A DNA stretch of 64,000 nucleotides from Acidimicrobiia bacterium (GCA_965203555.1 CBDBCY010000002.1:1-64000), one strand, 5' to 3'; counted from the stretch's first letter, positions 11,320 to 21,830 are shown. Notes: generated by a model from the sequence alone, not told the origin. A program made the numbers and translations.

Positions 11320-12072
11320 ATGCCGGGCCGCCTCCAGGACAAAGTAGCGATCATCACCGGTGGCGCCACCGGGATGGGCCGGGCTGCCTCGGTGCTGTTC
11401 GCTCGCGAAGGGGCCAAGGTGACGGTGGCGGATCGCAACGTGCCCGACAGCCGTAGGACGGTGGCCCTGGTGGGCGAGGCGGGCGGTGAAGCCTTGTTCG
11501 TGGAGACGGATGTCTCCAAGGCGGACCAAGTGAGCAGCATGGTGGAGCAGACAGTCCGGCGTTTCGGCGGGCTGGACGTGCTGGTGAACAACGCTGGCAT
11601 CCTCATCCGCACGCCGCCCTTGGCGGAGGTCTCGGAATTGGTCTGGGACCTGACCCTTGACACCAACCTGCGGGGGGTGTTTCTCTGCACCAAGTATGCG
11701 ATCCCCCACCTGGTCGAGGGTGGGGGAGCAATCGTCAATGTCTCCTCGGGCGCCGGGACGAGTCCCACCCCCCACGCTGTCCCTTACGGTGTCAGCAAGG
11801 CGGGAGTCATTCAGATCACCCTGACCACCAGCAGGCAGTACGCCGCTGATGGGATACGGTGCAACGTCATCGTCCCGGGGTCAGTGGACACCCCCCAGGC
11901 GCGGGGCAGCACCGGTAGCGCCGAGGAGTTTGAGCGGATCACCTCACGCATCGCCCTGGGGCGGGTCGGGACTCCCGGCGACATTGCCAACCTCATGCTG
12001 TTCCTGGCTTGCGACGAGTCCTCGTACATCACCGGCACCGCCTTCAAGATCGACGGCGGCGGTCCGGTGTAA
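11320..12072 (+). CDS. SDR family oxidoreductase
   Basis: TGGATGMG, NNAG, YGVSK, IDGG. Confidence 0.93.
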   Translation: MPGRLQDKVAIITGGATGMGRAASVLFAREGAKVTVADRNVPDSRRTVALVGEAGGEALFVETDVSKADQVSSMVEQTVRRFGGLDVLVNNAGILIRTPPLAEVSELVWDLTLDTNLRGVFLCTKYAIPHLVEGGGAIVNVSSGAGTSPTPHAVPYGVSKAGVIQITLTTSRQYAADGIRCNVIVPGSVDTPQARGSTGSAEEFERITSRIALGRVGTPGDIANLMLFLACDESSYITGTAFKIDGGGPV

Positions 12073-12096
12073 GGCCACGAAGAGGGAGTAGGAAGC

Positions 12097-12327
12097 ATGC
12101 CCCGGCAGGCTCTTGTGGAGATCATCAACCAGGCGGTGGCCGACTACGGTTTCCGTCTGGCCGTCATGTGGGGCGCCGACGACATCGTGGCGGGCTGGCG
12201 CCTCACGCCCCGGGAGGCGCAGATTCTCCACGAGTTGGTAGTGCCTGAGCTCAAGAAACTTCCCAACCCGGTGGAGCCCGACGACCACGCCGTGGTCCAG
12301 CAGCGCCTGGCGAGCCTGACGTTCTGA
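12097..12327 (+). CDS. Small hypothetical protein, NHLP/Os1348-like helical pattern
   Basis: RBS GGAGTAGGAA; co-oriented 24 nt after the SDR gene; EIINQAVADYGFR...AGWRLTPRE. Confidence 0.65.
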   Translation: MPRQALVEIINQAVADYGFRLAVMWGADDIVAGWRLTPREAQILHELVVPELKKLPNPVEPDDHAVVQQRLASLTF

Positions 12328-12519
12328 GAGTTGTGCCGAGACTCCCGTCTGACCTGGGGGGTCCCCTGTCCCGTTGGTACCATCGGATTCGATGAGACAC
12401 CTCGCTGAAAGGCATCGATCCGAGGGGTCCCGCATTGATTCGGGCAGCCATGGAGGCGTAGAGTCGGCGCTGGAGACCTGGCACGACTCATGTCCGGCGT
12501 TTGCGGTGGGGAGAGCTGC

Positions 12520-13515
12520 ATGATCCTGCCCGAAGGTCGTTCCTTTGAACTGTCCGAGGAGCTTCTTCGGGGCGCCATTGATATCCATGTGCACGCCACA
12601 CCGCATCTGCCCAGCAGTCCGAGAAGGCTTGACCCCATCCAGGCCGCCATAGGGGCGCGGAACGCCGGCATGCAAACCATCGTGCTCATGGACGTCTTCC
12701 AGATGACCAACGGAGTGGCCTGGATCGTGAACAGGGCCGTTCCCGACTTCAAGGTCTACGGTGGTCTGATCCTCAACACTGCCTACGGCGGTTTGAATCC
12801 CCGGGCTGTAAAGACGGCGATCGGATATGGCGATGGCGCCAAGTTCATCAGCTTCGGCGCTCACTCCACCCTCTACCAGGCTTCAAGAGAAGGTCGAATA
12901 GTAAACGGGGTATTCACACCACTGAAGGACTTGTATCCGGAATTCAAGAGAGAGGAAGTGGACCGGGCCATCAGCATACCCGTGGAAGGACCTGTAGGGC
13001 CCCGGCTGGATGAGATTCTGGGGCTGATCTCGGACAATTCCCATGTTTTCTTGAACACAGGCCACGTCTCGGCTGAAGAAGCCGTCCGCCTGGTTGATCT
13101 TGCCCAGGAATACGGGATAAAGAATGTGCTTGTCGCCACCGCGGTTACCTCGGTCGCCTCGACGGAGCAACTGCAATACATGGCCGGAAAGGGTGCGTTC
13201 ATCGAATACACCCTGGGAACGTACACGCACACCACGTCGATTCCCAAGACCCACTATTACGTAGAGTTGGAATACGCGGCGGACGAGGAGCCCGGTGAGG
13301 TGAGCGGCAGCCTCAGGAATGCCGCCGAGCAGATCCGACAGGTGGGGGCCGATCATTGCATAATCGCCACCGATTTCGGCGGGTACACGTTGCCGGATCC
13401 GGTCGAAGGCATGCGGGCATTCATTGCGTCTCTGCTGGATCTCGGTACGCCGGTTGACGACATCCGCAAAATGGCTAGGACCAATCCCGAGAAACTGCTT
13501 GGCCTGGATCGGTAG
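12520..13515 (+). CDS. DUF6282 / amidohydrolase-fold protein
   Basis: GAIDIHVH, GGLILN...GGLNP, LNTGH, IATDFG, NPEKLLGL. Confidence 0.85.
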   Translation: MILPEGRSFELSEELLRGAIDIHVHATPHLPSSPRRLDPIQAAIGARNAGMQTIVLMDVFQMTNGVAWIVNRAVPDFKVYGGLILNTAYGGLNPRAVKTAIGYGDGAKFISFGAHSTLYQASREGRIVNGVFTPLKDLYPEFKREEVDRAISIPVEGPVGPRLDEILGLISDNSHVFLNTGHVSAEEAVRLVDLAQEYGIKNVLVATAVTSVASTEQLQYMAGKGAFIEYTLGTYTHTTSIPKTHYYVELEYAADEEPGEVSGSLRNAAEQIRQVGADHCIIATDFGGYTLPDPVEGMRAFIASLLDLGTPVDDIRKMARTNPEKLLGLDR

Positions 13516-13830
13516 CATTCCCATCCGGCAAAGCGCAGAGTCCTCGGACAGTCTTCCCATTGAGAACCGCGGCGCAAGGGGACGGTACGTTCGGACCTGA
13601 TTTATAGGTGACGGCCTGCACCCCACCCACCGATGGGTGTCTGGGGTTGCGTGGTGGTATGTTTTCCGGGAAGAAGGAGAATCGGGTGGTAGTCAGCGAG
13701 ACGGTATGCGTAAAATCTGACCTGTGGCGCAGATCTTTGATGTTCTGCATCCAGTGAGAAGTAAACCTGCTTGAAGTAGCGCGACGTTGCGCGGGCAATG
13801 GCACGACCGCCTGGGCTGGCGAGGAGGACC

Positions 13831-14946
13831 ATGCGAATAGGTGTGCCCAAGGAGATCAAGACCGAGGAACGTCGCGTGGGGCTTACGCCCGACAGCGTGG
13901 CACGGGCCGCCGGACGGGGTCACGAGGTGTTCGTGGAGCGCCGCGCCGGCGCGGGGGCGGGCTTCAGCGACGAGGAATACGCCACCCGGGGGGCGCGACT
14001 GCTGGAGACAGCCGACGAACTCTTCGAGGCGGCTGAGTTGGTTGTGAAAGTCAAGGAGCCGCTTGATGTAGAGCGAGCCCGGCTGCGAAGCCACCACACG
14101 CTGTTCACTTACCTGCACCTGGCCCCCGACCCCGAGCAGGCCCACGATCTGCTGGAAAGCGGCGCCACGGCCATCGCTTACGAGTCGGTGACGGACCGCG
14201 AGGGTCGGCTGCCGCTGCTTGCCCCCATGTCGAAGGTGGCGGGACGTATGTCGGTCCAGGCCGGGGCTCGATGCCTGGAAGCCTCGGCGGGCGGGCGCGG
14301 CATGCTGCTGGGCGGAGTTTCCGGGGCGGCCGCCGCTCTGGTCGTCGTGATCGGCGGCGGTGTCGTCGGCAGCAACGCGGTGGAGATGGCGCTCAGATTC
14401 GGTGCTGATGTGACGGTGCTCGACCGAAACGCGGTTGTGCTCGAGTCGTTGTCGACCCGCTTCGGCCCGGCCCTGCGCACCCTCCATTCCAGTCCCCACA
14501 CATTGGAGGACGCCGTGCTGGGCGCCGACCTGGTGATTGGCGCCGTTCTGCTTCCCGGCGCCCGGGCGCCTCGCCTGATCACGACCCAGATGGTCAACCA
14601 CATGAGGCCTGGCGCGGTGATCGTGGACGTGGCCATCGACCAGGGCGGTTGTGCCGAGACGTCGCGGCCCACCACCCACGCCGACCCCACGTACATCGTT
14701 GACGACGTGGTGCACTATTGCGTGGCCAACATGCCCGGCGCAGTGCCCCGCACCTCTACCCAGGCCCTCAACGACGCCACCCTCCCTTACGTACTCAAGC
14801 TGGCCGACTTGGGGCCGGTGGAGGCGATCCGATCCGACCCGGATCTGCAGAACGGCCTGAACGTGCGGCGGGGCCGGATTACCGAGCCGGCGGTGGCCGC
14901 CGCCCTGGGCCTCCCCTACACCGAACCCCTGCACACGCTCAACTGA
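13831..14946 (+). CDS. ald: Alanine dehydrogenase
   Basis: [40 protein letters not shown]; RBS GAGGAGG. Confidence 0.96.
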   Translation: MRIGVPKEIKTEERRVGLTPDSVARAAGRGHEVFVERRAGAGAGFSDEEYATRGARLLETADELFEAAELVVKVKEPLDVERARLRSHHTLFTYLHLAPDPEQAHDLLESGATAIAYESVTDREGRLPLLAPMSKVAGRMSVQAGARCLEASAGGRGMLLGGVSGAAAALVVVIGGGVVGSNAVEMALRFGADVTVLDRNAVVLESLSTRFGPALRTLHSSPHTLEDAVLGADLVIGAVLLPGARAPRLITTQMVNHMRPGAVIVDVAIDQGGCAETSRPTTHADPTYIVDDVVHYCVANMPGAVPRTSTQALNDATLPYVLKLADLGPVEAIRSDPDLQNGLNVRRGRITEPAVAAALGLPYTEPLHTLN

Positions 14947-15059
14947 CCTCCGCTTCCCGCTGAGGGACAATGCGCTACCGGCATCTCAGTCGCGGGGACC
15001 GGCCCTGTTACGCTCTGGTCCCTTCAGATTCCACCCGGACCCCCCGGCGTTTGCGTGTG

Positions 15060-15087
15060 TTGATATTCGTATAATTCTAGTTATAAT
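15060..15087 (+). promoter_or_regulatory. Sigma-70 promoter for leaderless gntR with an overlapping AT-rich inverted repeat
   Basis: TTGATA-N16-TATAAT, ATG 6 nt downstream; TATAA-TTCTAG-TTATA dyad at 15070-15085. Confidence 0.7.
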
Positions 15088-15093
15088 AGAACT

Positions 15094-15441
15094 ATGCTCT
15101 GGAAGATCGATGCACAGTCCTCCCAACCTCTTCACGAACAGTTGGCGGGTCAGGTGCGTCGCGGTATCGCCACGCAGGAACTCGCCGGGGGCGAGAAATT
15201 ACCTGCGGCGCGAGAACTCGCCAAGGGCCTGGGGGTGAATGTGCACACGGTCCTGCGAGCGTTCCAGAAATTGCGCGACGAGGGCCTGTTGGAAGTGCGC
15301 AGAGGCCGGGGAACATCCGTGGCAGCCGACGCCAAGTCTCTTACCCGACACGTGGAACTCGCCCGAAGGCTGGTATCCGAGGCCCGTCGGGCCGGTTTTT
15401 GCGATCATGAAATCTTGCAACTGGTGGAGGTGCAACTGTGA
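15094..15441 (+). CDS. GntR family regulator (YtrA-like, short)
   Basis: PLHEQL...GEKLPAARELA..LGVNVHTV.RA...LRDEGLLEVRRGRGT. Confidence 0.93.
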   Translation: MLWKIDAQSSQPLHEQLAGQVRRGIATQELAGGEKLPAARELAKGLGVNVHTVLRAFQKLRDEGLLEVRRGRGTSVAADAKSLTRHVELARRLVSEARRAGFCDHEILQLVEVQL

Positions 15442-16436
15442 AAGAGTGGATACGACGCACGGCCCTGGGCGCCGGCGTTCCCTTTGTGGTAGTGGCCGTG
15501 GGTCTGGGTCCATTCCTGGCCTATCGAGCCGACCTCGGGGATCGGGTGGCGACCCACTACGGCATTTCCGGCAGAGCGGACGGTTCGATGACCGTGGATC
15601 AGTTGCTGATGGTCATCCTGGCGATGATGGCGATCGGTCTGGGCGCCTGTGTGGTAATCGCTGTGTCTCGGCGCAAAATGCAACCCATGTCCGCGCCGAG
15701 CGTGGCTTTTGTCGGTGCGTTCATCGGAGCGCTCAGTGCCGGGATTCTCGCCACCACCGCCATCGGCCAACGAGGGTTGGAACGCTGGCAGGATGCGACG
15801 CTGGATCCCTGGACGGTGGTCGTCTGGCTGGTCGGCAGTGTGACGGTCGGCAGTTTCGCGGCGTGGATCGCCGCATCCCTTCCATTCCATCGCGACGTCG
15901 GCGCGGACACCGAGCCGCCCACCATGGACCTCGCTGCGGGGGAGCGGGCGTTCTGGAGTTCAACATTGTCCGCCAAGTGGCCATTGTCGGCCAGTTTGGC
16001 CGTATTGATGTTAACCCTGGTGCTCACACAACTCGCAGCGCCTTGGATTGTGATGTGCGGTCTGCTCACCGCCCTGGTCGTGGCTGCATTCAGTCGCATT
16101 CGAGTCACCGTCGATCACTCGGGCCTGCGGGTGCGATACGGATTCTTCGGGTGGCCTCACACTTCGATACCTATCCGTCGCATCGCTACGGCCCATGCCA
16201 TCGAAGTTCGCCCCGCCGACTGGGGTGGCTGGGGATACCGGGGAAGCCTGACTCTCTTGAAACGAGCTGCTGTGGTCCTGCGCGCCGGCCCCGGCATCCG
16301 TGTCGATCTACATGATGGCAGGGTGTTTGCGGTCACCATCGATAATCCGGAAAGCCCGGCGCTACTGCTCAACGCCGAAGTGTCGCGTCTTACTGCTTCT
16401 GAAACCCTCCCTGCCCGGATGGAGGAGCACCGATGA
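15438..16436 (+). CDS. DUF1648-domain membrane protein
   Basis: RVATHYGISGRADG; WGGWGYR; GTGA overlap with gntR. Confidence 0.82.
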   Translation: MKEWIRRTALGAGVPFVVVAVGLGPFLAYRADLGDRVATHYGISGRADGSMTVDQLLMVILAMMAIGLGACVVIAVSRRKMQPMSAPSVAFVGAFIGALSAGILATTAIGQRGLERWQDATLDPWTVVVWLVGSVTVGSFAAWIAASLPFHRDVGADTEPPTMDLAAGERAFWSSTLSAKWPLSASLAVLMLTLVLTQLAAPWIVMCGLLTALVVAAFSRIRVTVDHSGLRVRYGFFGWPHTSIPIRRIATAHAIEVRPADWGGWGYRGSLTLLKRAAVVLRAGPGIRVDLHDGRVFAVTIDNPESPALLLNAEVSRLTASETLPARMEEHR

Positions 16437-16607
16437 CCGCAACTCGACGACGACTTGGGCCATAGCGAACGTCTGTGCGCCGGGTGGAGCATGACGGCGA
16501 GTTGTGAAGGGGGGTGCTGAACGGGGTGGCCGCCCGGCTGTGTGGCAGAAATCACTACAATCCCGTCCTAGCCCTTTTGGGGAATACCCGCCCGCAGGAG
16601 CGTCCAT

Positions 16608-17597
16608 ATGATCTTTCTGGCCCAGGAAGCCGACATCGCCTCGGCGGTGTGCGGCGACAGAGGCAGATACGTGTGCGAACGGGTCTACGAATGGACCGGT
16701 AACAGGATTCTGGCCCAAATCGCCACCTGGCTGGTGGAGCCCGGGTTGACCGTGATGCTGATCTTGATGGGGGGATGGCTGGTCTCTCGCTTTGTCAAGC
16801 GGGCTATCGACCATTTCAAGGAACGGATAGACCGGCCGTCTCTTCGCGATGTGGGCCGCGACCCCTCGATCTCGATAGAGGCGGAAAAGCTGCGAGCCAA
16901 AGCCAGAGCCGAGACGCTGGCCGGAGTGCTTCGCAGCGTGGCCCTGATCTGCATATCGGTGCTGACCGCGCTGCTGGCGCTGGGCCAACTCGGAGTCAAC
17001 CTGGGTCCGCTCATCGCCGGCGCCGGTATCGTCGGCGTCGCCATAGGTTTCGGGGCTCAGAACGCGGTCAGGGATTTCTTGAGCGGTCTGTTCATGATGA
17101 TGGAGGACATTTACAGCGTTGGGGATGACATAGATTTCGGGAAGGGCCGGGGAACCGTGGAGAGAGTGACGTTGAGGTCGACCTCGATCCGTACCCGCCA
17201 GGGTGTGGTCTGGAACGTTCCCAACGGCAAGATCGATTTTGTGGGCAACTACTCCCAGCTATGGGCGCGGGCGCAGTTGGATATTGAAGTTTCCTACGAA
17301 TGCGATCTGCGCCATGCGATGGAAGTAATCCAGCAAGCTTGTAGAGACATGTGGGAAGATCCCGAGTGGGGCGGGGACGAACTGCACGAAGAACCCCAGG
17401 TGAAGGGTGTGCAGGTCCTGGGCGAATCCGGTATCGCCATAAGGGTGAGAGGCAAGACCAAGCCATCCGTGCAGTGGAGAACCGAACGCGAGTTGCGTCT
17501 GCGAATCAAGGAGGGGCTGGACGCGGCGGGCATTGGGATGCCCTACCCTCACAGAACGGTGATCGTACGGCAGGGTCAGAGCGACGGAGCGGTCTAG
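16608..17597 (+). CDS. MscS family mechanosensitive channel
   Basis: AGAGIVGVAIGFGAQ..RDFLSG, VGDDI, VPNGKI. Confidence 0.92.
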   Translation: MIFLAQEADIASAVCGDRGRYVCERVYEWTGNRILAQIATWLVEPGLTVMLILMGGWLVSRFVKRAIDHFKERIDRPSLRDVGRDPSISIEAEKLRAKARAETLAGVLRSVALICISVLTALLALGQLGVNLGPLIAGAGIVGVAIGFGAQNAVRDFLSGLFMMMEDIYSVGDDIDFGKGRGTVERVTLRSTSIRTRQGVVWNVPNGKIDFVGNYSQLWARAQLDIEVSYECDLRHAMEVIQQACRDMWEDPEWGGDELHEEPQVKGVQVLGESGIAIRVRGKTKPSVQWRTERELRLRIKEGLDAAGIGMPYPHRTVIVRQGQSDGAV

Positions 17598-17734
17598 TTG
17601 CCAAGTCTCGGGTCGAACCGGTGTGTGGCGGCTACAGTATTTCCACTCCGATTCGCGTAGCCCTGCCGCCGGATTAGAACTACGGCGCCTATGTTGGGTA
17701 TGGTGAGGGGTGTTATAGCCAATAGAAACGGAGT

Positions 17735-18367
17735 GTGCGGGGGTGTCTGATCTTTAAATCCGGTAGGAAGTACTCTCGGTCCGATGTCAGCGAGTTACTG
17801 GGCCTCGGTAAAGCGAAGGGCGGATTCTGGGTCTCGGGGATCAGGCAGCACGAGGGCGAATTCTTCATCTTCACCAATGTGGGGACACCGGGCACCATAG
17901 GTGAGGACTTCGGTAACAAGTGGGAGGGGAAACTCCTCAGGTGGTCCCACAAGAAGAACTCCCACTTGGACTGGCCGAGTGTCCGCAACCTCGTCGATGC
18001 GGGCCGGGCACATGTGTTCTGGCGTACTTCCACCCAGGAACTGTTCGAATACGCAGGTTACGGACAGATAGCAGAGGTCTCGGGGTCTACCCCGGTGCGG
18101 TTTCTGTGGTCGTTCGACGGCGCCGCCAGTGGTCTTCTCCAAAGCCTGGGTGGAATTGTCCGGGCGGGAACCGGCGAAACAGCGGCTACCCACAGTTTCA
18201 AGATAGGAGATCGGGTGCGACACCCCGATCTGGGGTTGGGTCGAGTAATAACCATTGCCGGGCCGGAGCAAGCCGCCTCCGCCACCATCTATTTTGGCGG
18301 TGTGAGTGAGAGGCGGGACGTTTCGCTCTCCGAGGTAGAGAAGGTGGCGGGCTTCGGTCCCGGCTAA
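17735..18367 (+). CDS. DUF3427/SRA-like domain fused to a PcrA/UvrD C-terminal Tudor-like domain
   Basis: N-term GRKYSRSDV...GGFWVSGI...FGNKW...LRW...HVFWR...FEYAG; C-term FKIGDRVRHPDLGLGRVITI...ATIYF. Confidence 0.65.
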   Translation: MRGCLIFKSGRKYSRSDVSELLGLGKAKGGFWVSGIRQHEGEFFIFTNVGTPGTIGEDFGNKWEGKLLRWSHKKNSHLDWPSVRNLVDAGRAHVFWRTSTQELFEYAGYGQIAEVSGSTPVRFLWSFDGAASGLLQSLGGIVRAGTGETAATHSFKIGDRVRHPDLGLGRVITIAGPEQAASATIYFGGVSERRDVSLSEVEKVAGFGPG

Positions 18368-18476
18368 GCCGGCCAGGACCTAAAGGACATTCTTGAACTT
18401 GGTTGGAAGGAGTCCAGTCTCTGGCTGAACTGACCCGGGATGACCGGCCGTAGTCCTTACCCGGTTGGAGTGGGGT

Positions 18477-19175
18477 TTAGAGGCGGTGGCGGGGGCGCTC
18501 GTCCGGGGTTAGACCGGACAGAGCGGCGATGGAGGCGGGGGGTTTGGCGTCGCCGATCAGATCAGGGGAAGCAACCGGCGCTTGGAAACGGGTCGTGATA
18601 GGCACCAGGCCTGCCCACCACGGGCCGGCCATGTCTTCAGGTTCGTCCTTGGGACCTCCCTCCCGAACTTTTGCCGATGCCTCCGCCAACGGGAGTTCCA
18701 ACACCAAAGTCGCGCGGAGGTCGGATGGCGAGGGCGGGCGACTGGCGTCCCAGTTGGGGGCTACATGGTCGGTGATGCGTTTGAGGGCGCTGAGTTTCTT
18801 CTCTTCGTCCATGATGCGCCGTGCTCGGCCCCGCACCACTGCCGACCGGTAATTCATCGAATTGTGAAAAGGTGTCCTGGCCATAACCAGACCGTCCAGG
18901 TGGGTAACGGTCAGGCAGATTTCCTGGCCCTTGCCCGAACCCAGCAGATGGTTGGCCAGAGCTCCGTGCAGATATAGGTGGTGTTCGTCGCGTCCGTAGG
19001 CCATGGGCAGCACCAGCGGGCCCTCGGGAGTCACGACCCCGACGTGGGCGATCAGACCCGCGTCGAGGATCTCCAGCACCTCCGACCGCCGGTACCGGGC
19101 CCGAACCGCCAAGCGGCGTACCCGCACCCGCTCCGAAGGCGGGCCGGTCTCTTGGGGCGACACGGTTTGAGACAT
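18477..19175 (-). CDS. Pyridoxamine 5'-phosphate oxidase family flavin-binding protein (NimA-like)
   Basis: LYLHG, DGLVMART.FHNSMNYRSAVV, SAKVREGGP. Confidence 0.9.
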   Translation of the reverse strand: MSQTVSPQETGPPSERVRVRRLAVRARYRRSEVLEILDAGLIAHVGVVTPEGPLVLPMAYGRDEHHLYLHGALANHLLGSGKGQEICLTVTHLDGLVMARTPFHNSMNYRSAVVRGRARRIMDEEKKLSALKRITDHVAPNWDASRPPSPSDLRATLVLELPLAEASAKVREGGPKDEPEDMAGPWWAGLVPITTRFQAPVASPDLIGDAKPPASIAALSGLTPDERPRHRL

Positions 19176-19304
19176 AGACGGAAAGGCTAGGGATCGGCAC
19201 CCGGGGGGACAAGATGATTATCCTCCGGTCGGTTCTTGATCTGCCGCTTCCATGGTTGACTTCAGGACCGGAGATGAGAACCGGGTCGCCTTATATTCCC
19301 GGAG

Positions 19305-19781
19305 TCAGGATCTGTGAGTCGTCCTCAACCCGCCGCCCGGGGTCCAAGAGATCACCAGCAGGGAACGGTCCTCCACCCTGACCAGCACAACCCGAGTGAT
19401 ATCGGCGGTGAAGAGCGCCATGGTCGACGGGTCGTCGATCGGAAAGCGATGGCCCGTGATGAACAGGTCTACCTCGTTGGCAAGGGCCGGCACGACCCGT
19501 CCTTCTATGCGGGCGTCTCCACGCGAAAGGCCCTCTTCGTCCAGGGCGCTGTGCACAGAGAAGCGGTGGTCGCGTCGCACATCGGCGGCAATCTGTGAGA
19601 TCGGGTCCATGGCAAGCCACAGGTGACCGTCTCTGATGGGCGTCTCCATGCCCGACAAACGCGGGGATCCGTCTCGTCGCAACGTGGCCATCACTGCATG
19701 CCGGTGGCTCTCGAATCTGTCCCGAACACTTGAAGCCATCCCCAGCTCGGACTGTTCGAAATCCCCCCACGTCACACTCAC
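19305..19781 (-). CDS. Pyridoxamine 5'-phosphate oxidase family (split beta-barrel) protein
   Basis: MATLRRDGSPRLSGME, DVRRDHRFSVHS. Confidence 0.85.
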   Translation of the reverse strand: MSVTWGDFEQSELGMASSVRDRFESHRHAVMATLRRDGSPRLSGMETPIRDGHLWLAMDPISQIAADVRRDHRFSVHSALDEEGLSRGDARIEGRVVPALANEVDLFITGHRFPIDDPSTMALFTADITRVVLVRVEDRSLLVISWTPGGGLRTTHRS

Positions 19782-19865
19782 GGGAAGTCCACCTTCATCG
19801 ACCAAGGGGGGCCACGCCAAGACCACACCCGCCTGATGATTTGACAATCACACCATGGACAGAGG

Positions 19866-20105
19866 CTACCCCCGGTCGAGATGCTCCATGATCTGTTGGA
19901 AACCCTGATCCAGTTTCTCGTCCGTAGCCCTCTGGTTCACGTCCACTTTGACGTTGAGCAGGTGAATGTCGTGCTTCAACTCGGCCTTCATCTCGGCCAT
20001 GTCGTGCTTCAACTCGGCCTTCATCTCGGCCATGTCGTGCCCGATGCGTCTCTCCAGGCTGTTGAGCGCATCGGCAGTCATCGAGGCGACATCCTTGGCG
20101 TCCAT
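19866..20105 (-). CDS. Small coiled-coil repeat protein
   Basis: 79 aa with HDMAEMKAELK twice. Confidence 0.6.
   Translation of the reverse strand: MDAKDVASMTADALNSLERRIGHDMAEMKAELKHDMAEMKAELKHDIHLLNVKVDVNQRATDEKLDQGFQQIMEHLDRG
19966..20040. repeat. 33-bp perfect tandem repeat (2.3 copies)
   Basis: atgtcgtgcttcaactcggccttcatctcggcc x2 + atgtcgtgc. Confidence 0.95.
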
Positions 20106-20430
20106 ATTTCCCGATCATATCCGAGGTCGGCTCGGTACGCAACGACGGTGGAACCGTCACTGTCCCACCAGGCGTTTCGTACCTCTCCGTTGCGGTCACC
20201 AGCCCGCCAGAGCCCTTGGATACGTTTGTAGCCGCGACGTCGAGACGTTCTGAGGCCGTGATCAGCAGGCGCATGATCCGATGTCTGACAGACACCCCAC
20301 CGGCAGGACGGAAAGGGGATTTCCGCGGTGGCCGGAAGCTAAAAGGCGGCTGTATATCGGCATGCCTCGAACCAAAGGATGTAAACTGGCATCAGTCGAA
20401 GCTGTGAAGAGTACGGAAGGGAGTGGTTTG

Positions 20431-20808
20431 ATGATGCGCAGGACGAGTCGGCAGGTTGCTGCTTTGCTAATGGCCCTGCTTCTGGTTTCCTGCGGTGGAG
20501 ATGCCGAGGCGGATGCCATCGCCTCCAGAACCCCCACCGGCACGCAGGAGGCTCAGGACGCCTTCGAGCGGTTCCTGGGACAGCCGTTCATCACCGAGGA
20601 GCAGGCAGACCAGAGCAGGGATGCGGTGTGGCGAGCCTGCGGGGCCCTGCAGGAGGGGGGCGCCTGGCAGGAGTTCGAAGACCAGGAGTTGGCCGCCATC
20701 GAGGAGCAGGGCAGAGCCCTGAGCCCCATCGAGATCGCCGGACTGCGCACTGCGGCTTCCATGGGCATCTCCGCGTACTGTCCACAGCACGAGGACAAAG
20801 CGCCCTAG
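20431..20808 (+). CDS. Lipoprotein, DUF732-like
   Basis: Signal MMRRTSRQVAALLMALLLVS-C; ..RACGAL.. and ..AYCPQH cysteine pair. Confidence 0.75.
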   Translation: MMRRTSRQVAALLMALLLVSCGGDAEADAIASRTPTGTQEAQDAFERFLGQPFITEEQADQSRDAVWRACGALQEGGAWQEFEDQELAAIEEQGRALSPIEIAGLRTAASMGISAYCPQHEDKAP

Positions 20809-20859
20809 CCTCTCCGGTCAGAGCAAAAGCGACGCGTTCATCCATCTCGACTCTTGTCT

Positions 20860-21816
20860 CTAGAGCATTTTGCCCTGCTCGGGCCTCTTTGGGAACAGCG
20901 TGTTGGTGCGGGCGCCCCGGCGAGCAGGGTTGGAACGCGGGCGGCGGGGCAGGTAGGCGCGGTTTCGGTACAACTGTTGGTAGGTGACCACCAGGTCCGG
21001 GAACTCCTCCTCCAGCCACTCCATGTAGTGCTCCTTGACGCCGGGGCGCAGATGGAGGCGGATGGGGGCGGCGAAGTCGGCGCCCGCATCCCGGCAGGCG
21101 CGCATGACTTCGGCCAACTGGCGGGGAGAGTCGGAGATGCCGGGGAGCAGCGGCGCCACCAGTACTCCCGAGCAAATCCCGAGTTCTTTCAGTTTTCTGA
21201 CCGCCTCCAAGCGCTGGCGGGGATGGGGCGTGCCGGGTTCGGAGCGCTTCCAGACATCGGTGTCCAGAGTGCCCACCGAGAAGCTGACCGTAACTTCCGC
21301 CCGGCGGGCGGCTTCGGCCAGAAGATGGCGATCCCGCAGCACCAGCGGTGATTTGGTAAGCAGCGAGAACGGGTTGGCGCGTTCGGTCAGAACCTCAACC
21401 ACTCCCCTGGTGAGACGGTATTTGCCTTCGGCCGGCTGGTAGGGGTCGGTATTGGTGCCCATTGCAATCGAATGCCCGGCCCACAGTCTCGGTTCGGTCT
21501 GGGCTCTGGTCAATTCCGCGGCGTTGATCTTCACCACGATCTTTCGGTCGAAGTCATCGCCGATGCCCAGCCCCAGGTAGTCGTGGGAGGGACGGGCGAA
21601 GCAGTACACGCAGGCATGGGAGCATCCCCGGTAGCAATTGATGGTGTATTCGAAAGGAAAGTGCCTGGTGTAGGGGACCCGGTTGATGATGGTCCTGGCC
21701 TCGACTTCCAGGAAGGTCAGTCCCCGGTATTTGCCTTTGCCGACCACCTGTCGACATGTTTCGAACAGCCCGGTGGGTTTGTCTGCGGCGAGGGTCCAGC
21801 GCAGGTCGGAAGTCAT
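20860..21816 (-). CDS. Radical SAM protein, Rv2578c/SplB-like DNA repair family
   Basis: NCYRGCSHACVYCFAR, MGTNTDPYQPAEG, LLTKS, EPGTP. Confidence 0.92.
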   Translation of the reverse strand: MTSDLRWTLAADKPTGLFETCRQVVGKGKYRGLTFLEVEARTIINRVPYTRHFPFEYTINCYRGCSHACVYCFARPSHDYLGLGIGDDFDRKIVVKINAAELTRAQTEPRLWAGHSIAMGTNTDPYQPAEGKYRLTRGVVEVLTERANPFSLLTKSPLVLRDRHLLAEAARRAEVTVSFSVGTLDTDVWKRSEPGTPHPRQRLEAVRKLKELGICSGVLVAPLLPGISDSPRQLAEVMRACRDAGADFAAPIRLHLRPGVKEHYMEWLEEEFPDLVVTYQQLYRNRAYLPRRPRSNPARRGARTNTLFPKRPEQGKML

Positions 21817-21830
21817 GGGAACCCCTATTG

